From Desulfobulbaceae bacterium (GTDB taxonomy: Bacteria; Desulfobacterota; Desulfobulbia; Desulfobulbales; Desulfobulbaceae), in assembly GCA_015489765.1 (NCBI GenBank), contig WFZC01000037.1, positions 3,400 through 67,399 of the forward strand: DNA of 64,000 bases. Direction: 5' to 3'. Below are positions 43,199 through 50,783 of the stretch, in pieces. How positions within the stretch are numbered: the first letter of the stretch is position 1; every line of letters begins with the position of its first letter. The position numbers were made by a program, and so were the translations under genes. The notes beneath the pieces are model-generated. The model saw only the letters and a program-made list of their open reading frames with translations. It was not told the DNA's origin and searched no databases.

Positions 43199-43233
43199 GC
43201 CGTTTTACCGACTCCGGTAAAACGGCTTTTTTT
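43199..43233 (+). terminator. Rho-independent terminator after flgE
   Basis: A 12-bp perfect stem (GCCGTTTTACCG/CGGTAAAACGGC) has a 4-nt loop and is followed by TTTTTTT. Confidence 0.9.
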
Positions 43234-43336
43234 GTCCGAAAATAGTCCACGTAGCTATGTCCTTTCGGACTGTTTTCATCATTCGTTGTGGCTGGGACGG
43301 TAAATTATGGTCCTGCCATGCTGGTTTATCCGAAAA
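43234..43336 (-). repeat. Family-1 repeat, copy C (inverted relative to copy B)
   Basis: Its reverse complement is about 92% identical to copy B over about 93 nt. It starts at the base after the flgE terminator U-tract. Confidence 0.85.
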
Positions 43337-43375
43337 TTACCCACGGAGGACATGGCTGCCCATGCCGGAGTCGAT

Positions 43376-43436
43376 GATTTTCATTGTTCATTGTGGCCGG
43401 CCAATCTGGTCCAGCCATGTTGGTTTATCCGAAAAA
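43376..43436 (-). repeat. Family-1 repeat, partial copy D
   Basis: The reverse complement GGATAAACCAACATGGCTGGACCAGATTGGCCGGCCACAATGAACAATGAAAAT matches the left half of the element. Confidence 0.65.
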
Positions 43437-43580
43437 TTTGCCGCTCCACACATGTTGTGTGTACAATAGGAACACCTTTCCCGCTTCACTGCTCTGTGGG
43501 CAAACCAAGCCTTCAGGAACCACTATTTTTTCATCTCCTTCATCCCTGCTCTCGGCCGAACAAGGCAATAAAAAAATATC

Positions 43581-43596
43581 CGGCATTTAACTTGCA
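43581..43596 (+). promoter_or_regulatory. Candidate sigma-54 (-24/-12) promoter upstream of motA
   Basis: CGGCAT-TTAAC-TTGCA has the correct GG-N10-GC spacing. It lies about 120 nt upstream of the motA GTG. Confidence 0.5.
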
Positions 43597-43713
43597 AAGT
43601 TCTTTTTGACACACCGCCTTTTCAACATGTACACTTAACACAGGAACGAAACAGTACTCTTTGACCATATTTTTATTGAAAAATTAAACGATACCTGAAC
43701 ACAGGCTCAACAC

Positions 43714-44481
43714 GTGGATCTTGCAACAATTATAGGGCTGGCGGCTTCATTTGGTCTCATGCTCATGGCCATCCTCCAGGGTGGTTCCCTGAGCATTTTT
43801 ATCGATGTTCCGTCCATGCTCATCGTTTTTGGCGGCACAGCCGGTGTTGCCCTGGTGAACTTTCCCCTTGGTGATGTCCTCAGCGCCGTCAATGTAGCCA
43901 AAAAGGCCATTCTCTATAAGGAAGTCAACACCAATGCCCTGCTTGCGCAGCTCATGGAATTTGCCAACAAGGCACGAAAAGAGGGCATCCTCTCCCTACA
44001 GGGATCCATTGATTCCATTGAAGACTCCTTTCTGGTCAAGGCCTTGCAGATGGCTGTGGATGGACAGGAGCCCGAAGACCTCAAGGCCATGCTCAACACG
44101 GAAATCGACTATATTGCCCAGCGTCATTCCCTCGGCGTTTCCATCTTTGAGTCTCTCGGCGCCATTTCCCCGGCCATGGGAATGGTCGGCACCCTGATCG
44201 GCCTTGTGCAGATGCTCCAGAATATGAGCGACCCCTCCTCCATTGGCCCGGCCATGGCCGTTGCCCTGTTGACAACCTTTTACGGAGCAGTCCTTGCCAA
44301 TATCATTTTCCTTCCCATAGCCGGCAAGCTGAAAACCCGGTCCAAGACCGAACTGCTGCAGAAAACAATCATTGTCGAGGGAATGGGCTCTATTCTCTCA
44401 GGTGAAAACCCACGGGTCATGGAGCAGAAGCTGCACGCCTTTATTGCTCCCAAACTGCGTGAATCTGTTTTTAACAAGTAA
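43714..44481 (+). CDS. motA: Flagellar stator protein MotA
   Basis: 255 aa with four TM segments. The C-terminal MotA/ExbB plug region is GPAMAVALLTTFYGAVLANIIFLPIAGKL. GTG start. Confidence 0.9.
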   Translation: MDLATIIGLAASFGLMLMAILQGGSLSIFIDVPSMLIVFGGTAGVALVNFPLGDVLSAVNVAKKAILYKEVNTNALLAQLMEFANKARKEGILSLQGSIDSIEDSFLVKALQMAVDGQEPEDLKAMLNTEIDYIAQRHSLGVSIFESLGAISPAMGMVGTLIGLVQMLQNMSDPSSIGPAMAVALLTTFYGAVLANIIFLPIAGKLKTRSKTELLQKTIIVEGMGSILSGENPRVMEQKLHAFIAPKLRESVFNK

Positions 44482-44492
44482 GGAGTCCCGAG

Positions 44493-45239
44493 ATGGCTGA
44501 ACAGGAACCGGAATGCCCGGCCGGCGCCCCGATGTGGATGACCACATTCAGTGACCTGGTAACCCTGCTGCTGACCTTTTTTGTTCTCCTGCTCTCCATG
44601 GCCAGCACAGATCCGGTGAAATTCGTCCAGGCAAAGACCTCCATCAAAGATGCCTTTGGCTGGCGCACTACAGCCGCACCCAAAAAATACAGCCTGCCGA
44701 TCATTCCCTCTCCGCCCAAGGCCAAATTCAGCCCGATTCCCCAGGAGACCGTCAGTAAATATTACAAGCGGATAAAAACCGACCTGCAGCTCAATAAGAT
44801 AAGCGACGAGGTGACCCTGTTACGAAAGGACAAGGATACCATCATCCTGCGCATCCATGACTCGGTGTTGTTTGGACCGGGTCAGACCCGGCTCAATCCG
44901 GCAAGTTATCCTCTTCTTCGCAAAATCGCCGACATCGTCCGGCCATTACCCATGCTCATGCGCATTGAAGGACATACCGACAACACGCCTGTTAAAAACT
45001 CGCATATGTCCAATTGGGACATTTCCGTGGCCAGGGCCGTGTCGGTCATGCGCTTCTATCATCGCGGCCACCTCTTTGCCATGGACAGAATGTCCGCCGT
45101 TGGCTACGGAGCCACCAGGCCGGTCGCTCCTAACACGACAGAGGAAAACAAGGCAAAGAACAGACGGGTCGACTTTGTCCTGCGAAGCAATAAAATACCG
45201 GCACAGGCCCGGCAACAGCGTCCACCAATACCCTTTTAG
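44493..45239 (+). CDS. motB: Flagellar stator protein MotB (OmpA-like C-terminus)
   Basis: WMTTFSDLVTLLLTFFVLL contains the conserved Asp. The OmpA-like domain is RIEGHTDNTP...NRRVDFVL. Confidence 0.9.
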   Translation: MAEQEPECPAGAPMWMTTFSDLVTLLLTFFVLLLSMASTDPVKFVQAKTSIKDAFGWRTTAAPKKYSLPIIPSPPKAKFSPIPQETVSKYYKRIKTDLQLNKISDEVTLLRKDKDTIILRIHDSVLFGPGQTRLNPASYPLLRKIADIVRPLPMLMRIEGHTDNTPVKNSHMSNWDISVARAVSVMRFYHRGHLFAMDRMSAVGYGATRPVAPNTTEENKAKNRRVDFVLRSNKIPAQARQQRPPIPF

Positions 45240-45262
45240 CGGCACCACCACGGGAGTATTTT

Positions 45263-45784
45263 ATGGCAAAAGATAAAGACAAAGGAAAAGAAGCCCAGCC
45301 CGAAGAAGGCGGCGGTGGCGGTAAAAAAAAGCTGATCATTATCATTGCGGCGGCGGTTATCCTGCTTGCCGGCGCCGGTGCCGCGGTCTACTTTCTGTTC
45401 CTGAAAAAACCACCTCCTGAAGAAGAACCGAAAAACGAGCAGGTCGAAATGGTCCAGCCGCCGGCAAAAGAAGAGGCGGACATCGGTCCGATGGTGGATA
45501 TCAAGGAATTCATCGTCAATATTATCAGTGAGGACGGCACCCATTACGTCAAGGCCTCGCTGACCCTTGAACTCAACGACGAGGCGGCGCAGGAGGAGGT
45601 CAACAAACGCATGCCGCAAATCCGGGACGCGGTCCTGTTACTGATCGGAAACAAGACCTTTGAAGAGCTCCAGGACCTGCAGGGGAAGAAACAGCTCAAG
45701 GCCGAGATCAAGAGTAAAATCAATTCATTTTTAACAACCGGTCGGGTCAGGCACGTCTATCTGACCGACTTTGTCGTGCAATAA
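45263..45784 (+). CDS. fliL: Flagellar basal body-associated protein FliL
   Basis: A single TM segment (LIIIIAAAVILLAGAGAAVYFLF) and the FliL domain (FIVNI...YVKASLTLEL...IRDAVLLLIGNKTFEEL) are present. Confidence 0.85.
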   Translation: MAKDKDKGKEAQPEEGGGGGKKKLIIIIAAAVILLAGAGAAVYFLFLKKPPPEEEPKNEQVEMVQPPAKEEADIGPMVDIKEFIVNIISEDGTHYVKASLTLELNDEAAQEEVNKRMPQIRDAVLLLIGNKTFEELQDLQGKKQLKAEIKSKINSFLTTGRVRHVYLTDFVVQ

Positions 45785-45796
45785 ACCGGGATCATT

Positions 45797-46822
45797 GTGG
45801 AACCGATTCTTACCAAGGAAGAAATAGCCGATCTGTTGTCGGCAATCAGGGAAGGTGCCATCAATGTCGATGCCATTGATGACCAGGGTCCAGGGCACGG
45901 AATTCCCCGCATTGCCAAGGAAATTGATCTCTTCGGGTTATACAACCGGGATGAGACCAGCGGCGAGATGCGTATCCCCAACCTGGATATTGTTCTTGAC
46001 GTTTTCGCCCGCAATTTCGGCACCTCCCTGACCAACACCCTGCAGCGAACCTTTCAAGCTGAACGGGAGGAAATTGTCACCGATAATTTCCAGAACAGCC
46101 TGCTGGCGCTGAACAATAAGGGCGCCATTGGTATCTATTCAACCGATCCGCTCAAGTACGGCTGTCTGTTTCACTTTGACAACCTGCTCGCCTTTACCTT
46201 GCTGGAAATCATGCTCGGCTCTTCGCACGCCAATGAGCTGCTGGCCCTTGATCGCAATCTGACCCCGATTGAAATCAACGTCCTGAAAACCACCATGACC
46301 GGCATCTGCGCCGATCTGAGCAAGGCCATGGCCCCGGTGGCATCCATAAAACCGGCCCTGATCAAGGCGGAGAACAATTTCCGCCTTGTCAATATCGTTG
46401 ACGCCGAAACCGAGGTACTGGTCACCACCTTCCAAATCAGGGCCGGCAGCGAGCAGGCCGGAAAGCTGCGGATGATCATACCCTACCTCACCCTGGAACC
46501 GATCTGGGAAAAATTCAAGGAAATAGTATCTGTTACCCATGCCTCCTATACATGGGGCAGCACCTTTGCAAAAGAAGCCCTGGAGATGCCCTTTCTGCTG
46601 ACGGCACGATCCGGCACCCTTACCCTCAGCATTCGGGAGATCATCAATCTCAAGGAGGGCGACATCATTGATCTTGGCTATGATCCAGACCGCCCCCTCG
46701 ATATACTTGTTGAAGATAAACGAAAATTTTCCGCCGTGCCCGGTGAACGCGACGGCAAGAAGGCCTTCCACATAACCGGGTCACTGGGCAATACGACAGG
46801 AGAACAGTATGGAAACCAGTGA
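45797..46822 (+). CDS. fliM: Flagellar motor switch protein FliM
   Basis: The N-terminus LTKEEIADLLSAI is the CheY-P binding motif. 341 aa. A C-terminal SpoA-like domain is present. GTG start. Confidence 0.9.
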   Translation: MEPILTKEEIADLLSAIREGAINVDAIDDQGPGHGIPRIAKEIDLFGLYNRDETSGEMRIPNLDIVLDVFARNFGTSLTNTLQRTFQAEREEIVTDNFQNSLLALNNKGAIGIYSTDPLKYGCLFHFDNLLAFTLLEIMLGSSHANELLALDRNLTPIEINVLKTTMTGICADLSKAMAPVASIKPALIKAENNFRLVNIVDAETEVLVTTFQIRAGSEQAGKLRMIIPYLTLEPIWEKFKEIVSVTHASYTWGSTFAKEALEMPFLLTARSGTLTLSIREIINLKEGDIIDLGYDPDRPLDILVEDKRKFSAVPGERDGKKAFHITGSLGNTTGEQYGNQ

Positions 46823-47201
46823 AAACACAGAAGCCGTCATCAGCGGTGATACCCTGCAGCCCGAGGAGACGGCAGAACTGCTTGAAGAAACCAGCGCCCC
46901 ACAAACGGAAACGATTCAACCCCAGGAGTCTCAGGACAACTGCCGGGACCTTGAATTTCTCTTTGATGTGCCCCTTCAGGTTTCGGTGGAAGTGGGGCGG
47001 GCGCGCATTCTGCTCAAAGATCTACTGCAGATGGGCGAAGGCTATGTGGTCGAACTGGATAAATTTTCCGGCGACCCCCTGGATCTGTATGTCAACTCCC
47101 GCCTTATCGCCAGGGGCGAGGCAGTCAAAGTCGGTGACAAGTTCGGCATCAAGTTGACCGAGGTCGTCAGCCAGTCCGACCGGATCGCCAGGCTCGGGTA
47201 G
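46809..47201 (+). CDS. fliN: Flagellar motor switch protein FliN
   Basis: The SpoA domain is LEFLFDVPLQVSVEVGRARILLKDLLQMGEGYVVELDKFSGDPLDLYVNSRLIARGEAV. Confidence 0.92.
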   Translation: METSENTEAVISGDTLQPEETAELLEETSAPQTETIQPQESQDNCRDLEFLFDVPLQVSVEVGRARILLKDLLQMGEGYVVELDKFSGDPLDLYVNSRLIARGEAVKVGDKFGIKLTEVVSQSDRIARLG

Positions 47202-47207
47202 AGCATA

Positions 47208-47612
47208 ATGTCTTTGCGGATGGTCATCATGGCATTATCGGCGCTGACTGCTGCCTCCTCCCCTGCCCTGGCCGCAACAGCCCCGCCCGTCAGTTTGGGC
47301 TCCGCCCTTCTGCAGACAGTCTGGGCCCTGCTGGTGGTCATCGGCATCATACTGGTGCTCTACGCGCTCAGTAGAAAACGATTTGGTGTCGGCAGGCGCG
47401 GCAGCGGCAGGATCAACCTGGTGGAACTTCGCCATATCATGCCGAAAACCACACTGGCACTGGTGGAGGTAGAAGGAAAACGGCTTCTTCTCGGCATCGG
47501 TTCCGGCCGCATCAACCTGCTGGCCGATCTTGCGAATCAAGAAACTGACAGAAACACGAGGACGGACAGTCCGGATTTTGCCACCCTGCTGCACCAGGAA
47601 AAAGAAAAATGA
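47208..47612 (+). CDS. fliO: Flagellar biosynthesis protein FliO
   Basis: It is a small single-pass membrane protein (WALLVVIGIILVLYAL) followed by LALVEVEGKRLLLGIGSGRINLL. It lies immediately upstream of fliP. Confidence 0.75.
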   Translation: MSLRMVIMALSALTAASSPALAATAPPVSLGSALLQTVWALLVVIGIILVLYALSRKRFGVGRRGSGRINLVELRHIMPKTTLALVEVEGKRLLLGIGSGRINLLADLANQETDRNTRTDSPDFATLLHQEKEK

Positions 47613-48346
47613 AACGAACTTTTTTTGTTCTTTTACCACTGCTCCTGCTGCCGGTTATGGCCCATGCCGTTTCCCTGCCCACCGTGACCTTCGGTGTCAA
47701 GGAGGCGGCCGGACCGCAGGAGGTCTCCACGGCCCTGCAGGTGCTGTTCGTTCTCACCATTCTCTCCATTGCCCCGGCCATCCTGCTGATGACCACGGCC
47801 TTTACCCGGATCGTCATTGTCCTGGGGTTTGTCCGCCAGGCCATGGGCACCCAGAACATGCCGCCAAACCAGATCATTATCGGGCTGTCGCTGTTTTTGA
47901 CCTTTTTTGTCATGTCGCCGGTTTTTAACAAGATCAACGACACGGCCCTGCAGCCCTACATGAACAAAAAAATTACCGAGAAGGTGGCGCTTGACAACAC
48001 AATCGGCGCCATGCGGGAATTCATGTTCTCCCAGGTCCAGGAAAATGAACTGCAGCTGCTGATCGATATTACCAAGGAAAAACAACCGGCTGATCGCAAG
48101 GATATCTCAACCACGATTCTTATTCCGGCCTTTATGCTCTCGGAGCTGAAACTGGCCTTTCAGATGGGGTTTATGATCTATATTCCTTTTCTGGTCATCG
48201 ACATGATCGTGGCCTCGGTTTTGATGTCCATGGGTATGATGATGCTGCCTCCCATCATCATCTCCCTGCCGTTTAAGCTGCTGCTCTTTGTCCTGGTTGA
48301 CGGCTGGCACCTGGTCGTCGGCTCCCTGATGAAGAGCTTTGGCTGA
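47609..48346 (+). CDS. fliP: Flagellar export apparatus protein FliP
   Basis: ILLMTTAFTRIVIVLGFVRQAMGTQNMPPNQIIIGLSLFLTFFVMSPV is the FliP signature. Confidence 0.95.
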   Translation: MKRTFFVLLPLLLLPVMAHAVSLPTVTFGVKEAAGPQEVSTALQVLFVLTILSIAPAILLMTTAFTRIVIVLGFVRQAMGTQNMPPNQIIIGLSLFLTFFVMSPVFNKINDTALQPYMNKKITEKVALDNTIGAMREFMFSQVQENELQLLIDITKEKQPADRKDISTTILIPAFMLSELKLAFQMGFMIYIPFLVIDMIVASVLMSMGMMMLPPIIISLPFKLLLFVLVDGWHLVVGSLMKSFG

Positions 48347-48439
48347 GGCGCTGGTACGGGAATACACCGAGTTCCATCACTTACCCCATGGAATTGAAGA
48401 AAAAGAATAACAAGCATGATATATTGAGACCCAAAGATC

Positions 48440-48709
48440 ATGACCCCCGAAGATGTTGTTCATATAGGTCGCAAGGCCGTTGAAACCGTTTTGCTCGGTT
48501 CCGCGCCCATGCTCATTGCCGCCATGGTCATCGGCCTGATTATCAGTATATTTCAGGCCGCAACCCAGATCAATGAACAGACTATGACCTTTATTCCAAA
48601 AATCGTGGTCGTCTTTGTCACCCTGCTAATTTTCGGGCCCTGGCTGATGAACCTGATGATCACCTTTTCAACCGGCATCATATCATCCATCGCCACCATT
48701 GGCCGCTGA
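48440..48709 (+). CDS. fliQ: Flagellar export apparatus protein FliQ
   Basis: 89 aa. LLGSAPMLIAAMVIGLIISIFQAATQINEQTMTFIPKI is present. Confidence 0.92.
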   Translation: MTPEDVVHIGRKAVETVLLGSAPMLIAAMVIGLIISIFQAATQINEQTMTFIPKIVVVFVTLLIFGPWLMNLMITFSTGIISSIATIGR

Positions 48710-48733
48710 CATACCGCCAGGGAACAAATTGCC

Positions 48734-49510
48734 GTGGATATTCAACTGGTCCCCATAGAACAGTTCCAGACCTTTCTCCTCTGCTTTTCCCGGGTCATGG
48801 CCATCCTAGCCGCAATCCCGGTGATCAACAGCCGCCAGGCCCCGCCCCAGGTCAGGATCGGGCTGGCCTTTGCCACTGCCCTGCTGCTCTTTCCGCTGAT
48901 GGCAAAACACACGCCGCAGATCCATTTTTCACTCATTCAATTTTCCCTGATCATGATCAATGAGGTGCTGACCGGCCTGCTGCTCGGCCTAGTTGCCAGG
49001 CTCATCTTTACCGCTGTCAGCTTTGGCGGCACCATTATCGGATACCAGATGGGTTTTGCCGCCGCCAATATTTTTGACCCACAGACAACCCAGCAGTTGT
49101 CCATCATGAGTCAATTCTCCAACATTATCGCCATATTGATCTTTCTGGCCCTTAACCTGCACCATATTTTCTTCAAGGTTATCGTTGACTCCTACATCCT
49201 CCTGCCACCCGGTACGCTGAATCTCTCCGGGCAGGCGGTGCCCCTGCTCATGGACTTGGCAGGGCATATGTTCCTGCTTTCGGTCACCCTCAGCGCCCCG
49301 GTACTGGCCTTGCTCCTGATCTCCAACCTGGTGCTTGGCATCCTGGCCAGGGTCTTTCCCCAGCTCAATGTCTTTCTACTCTCCTTTCCCATGAACATCG
49401 GCATCTCCCTGCTCGTTATCGGCCTGACCCTGCACATCCTGCCGTTCATGCTGAGTCGGGAATTTGACACCATGGGGGCCAACTTTTACCGCTTCTTTCG
49501 GATGCTCTGA
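48734..49510 (+). CDS. fliR: Flagellar export apparatus protein FliR
   Basis: It is a 258-aa polytopic protein (FLLCFSRVMAILAAIPV...). It sits between fliQ and flhB. GTG start. Confidence 0.88.
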   Translation: MDIQLVPIEQFQTFLLCFSRVMAILAAIPVINSRQAPPQVRIGLAFATALLLFPLMAKHTPQIHFSLIQFSLIMINEVLTGLLLGLVARLIFTAVSFGGTIIGYQMGFAAANIFDPQTTQQLSIMSQFSNIIAILIFLALNLHHIFFKVIVDSYILLPPGTLNLSGQAVPLLMDLAGHMFLLSVTLSAPVLALLLISNLVLGILARVFPQLNVFLLSFPMNIGISLLVIGLTLHILPFMLSREFDTMGANFYRFFRML

Positions 49511-49583
49511 CCGCATCGAAAACTCCATTAAAATTTATCATTATATTCGCCCGTTACGGGAAAATTTTTCATCTGTGCAAACA

Positions 49584-49598
49584 GGTCTGTGCCTTGCA
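49584..49598 (+). promoter_or_regulatory. Weak sigma-54-like -24/-12 candidate upstream of flhB
   Basis: GGTCTG-TGCC-TTGCA has GG-N10-GC spacing, but the -24 box is poor. Confidence 0.3.
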
Positions 49599-49682
49599 TC
49601 GCCAGGGCAACCCTTTTCTCCCGTTGATCAATGACCAAGCCCCTGCACCGGCCCTGGTCAAACCCTTGTCATATAAAAAATC

Positions 49683-50777
49683 ATGGCGGAAGATACCCCC
49701 GGCGGCGAACGCACAGAAGAAGCGTCGGCGAAACGACGTGCCGATTTCAGAAAAAAAGGCCAGGTTGCGCAGAGCAAAGAGGTGCAGACTGCCGCCATGT
49801 TCACCATCCTGCTGGCCTTCTGGATGTTTTTTGCTCCCTACTTCTGGCGAGATCTCACCCGGCTGCTCATTTCCATGTGGGGCCGGTGCTGCCAGTATCC
49901 GATTACGCCACCGGCCCTCATGCAGCTGGTTCTCTTTCTCTTTAAAAATCTGGCCCTGCTCATGCTGCCTCTTTTTGTTGTAGCCATGATCACCGGTTTT
50001 CTGGCCACGGTCATGCAGATCGGCTGGCTGTTCACCGGTCAGCCCCTGGTCCCTGACCTGAGCAAGCTCGATCCGATCAAGGGCATGGGCCGGTTCATCT
50101 CCAAACGATCTCTTGTTGAAATAGTTAAATCATTGCTGAAGGTGCTTCTGGTCGCCTGGATAGCATTCCGTACGGTCCAGGGTGAATTTGACGATGCCCT
50201 GGTATTGATCGAAATGCCCCTGCAACAGTTCCTGCATTTTCTCGGCAGGACCTCCACACTGATCATGATGAAGGTCGCCGGCATCATGATTTTCCTGGCT
50301 GTCCTGGATTACGGATTTGTGCGCTGGGAGATGGAAGAAAAGATGAAGATGACCAAACAGGAGCAGAAGGAAGAACACAAGGACACCGAGGGTGATCCGC
50401 ACATCAAGTCAAAAATCCGTGCCATTCAGCAGGAAATGGCACGCAGCCGTATGATGGCGGCAGTACCCGATGCCGACGTGGTTATCACCAACCCGACCCG
50501 GGTTGCCGTTGCCGTCAGGTATGACAACGCCACCATGGATGCCCCTGTTGTTCTGGCAAAAGGCCAGCATCTAATAGCGGCAAGAATAAGGGAAATCGCC
50601 CTCGAACACGATATTCCCCTGGTGGAAAACCCACCCGTGGCAAGATTATTGCATTCAAAGGTTGAACTGGGCCAGTCCATACCCGAAGAACTGTTTCGGG
50701 CGGTGGCGGAAATACTGGCCTATGTCTACTCGCTCAAGGGAACAAGGCCTGCGCCTGCCGGGCGGCAGGACGAATAA
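49683..50777 (+). CDS. flhB: Flagellar export switch protein FlhB
   Basis: The N-terminus GERTEEASAKRRADFRKKGQVAQSKE and the autocleavage-site context VVITNPTRVAVAVRY (NPTH-type) are present. Confidence 0.93.
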   Translation: MAEDTPGGERTEEASAKRRADFRKKGQVAQSKEVQTAAMFTILLAFWMFFAPYFWRDLTRLLISMWGRCCQYPITPPALMQLVLFLFKNLALLMLPLFVVAMITGFLATVMQIGWLFTGQPLVPDLSKLDPIKGMGRFISKRSLVEIVKSLLKVLLVAWIAFRTVQGEFDDALVLIEMPLQQFLHFLGRTSTLIMMKVAGIMIFLAVLDYGFVRWEMEEKMKMTKQEQKEEHKDTEGDPHIKSKIRAIQQEMARSRMMAAVPDADVVITNPTRVAVAVRYDNATMDAPVVLAKGQHLIAARIREIALEHDIPLVENPPVARLLHSKVELGQSIPEELFRAVAEILAYVYSLKGTRPAPAGRQDE

Positions 50778-50783
50778 CAGGGA

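Noticed and set aside
43257-43469. Small ORFs inside family-1 repeats encoding a shared peptide (e.g. MSFRTVFIIRCGWDGKLWSCHAGLS; also 41627-41845 and 56344-56562)
   Set aside because: The frame is preserved only because the copies lack indels. All seven nucleotide differences between copies B and C are non-synonymous (first or second codon positions) and none is synonymous. The start codon is not conserved (ATG, GTG or absent). The ORFs run on into antisense of real genes. The pattern fits a structured non-coding repeat, not purifying selection on a peptide.
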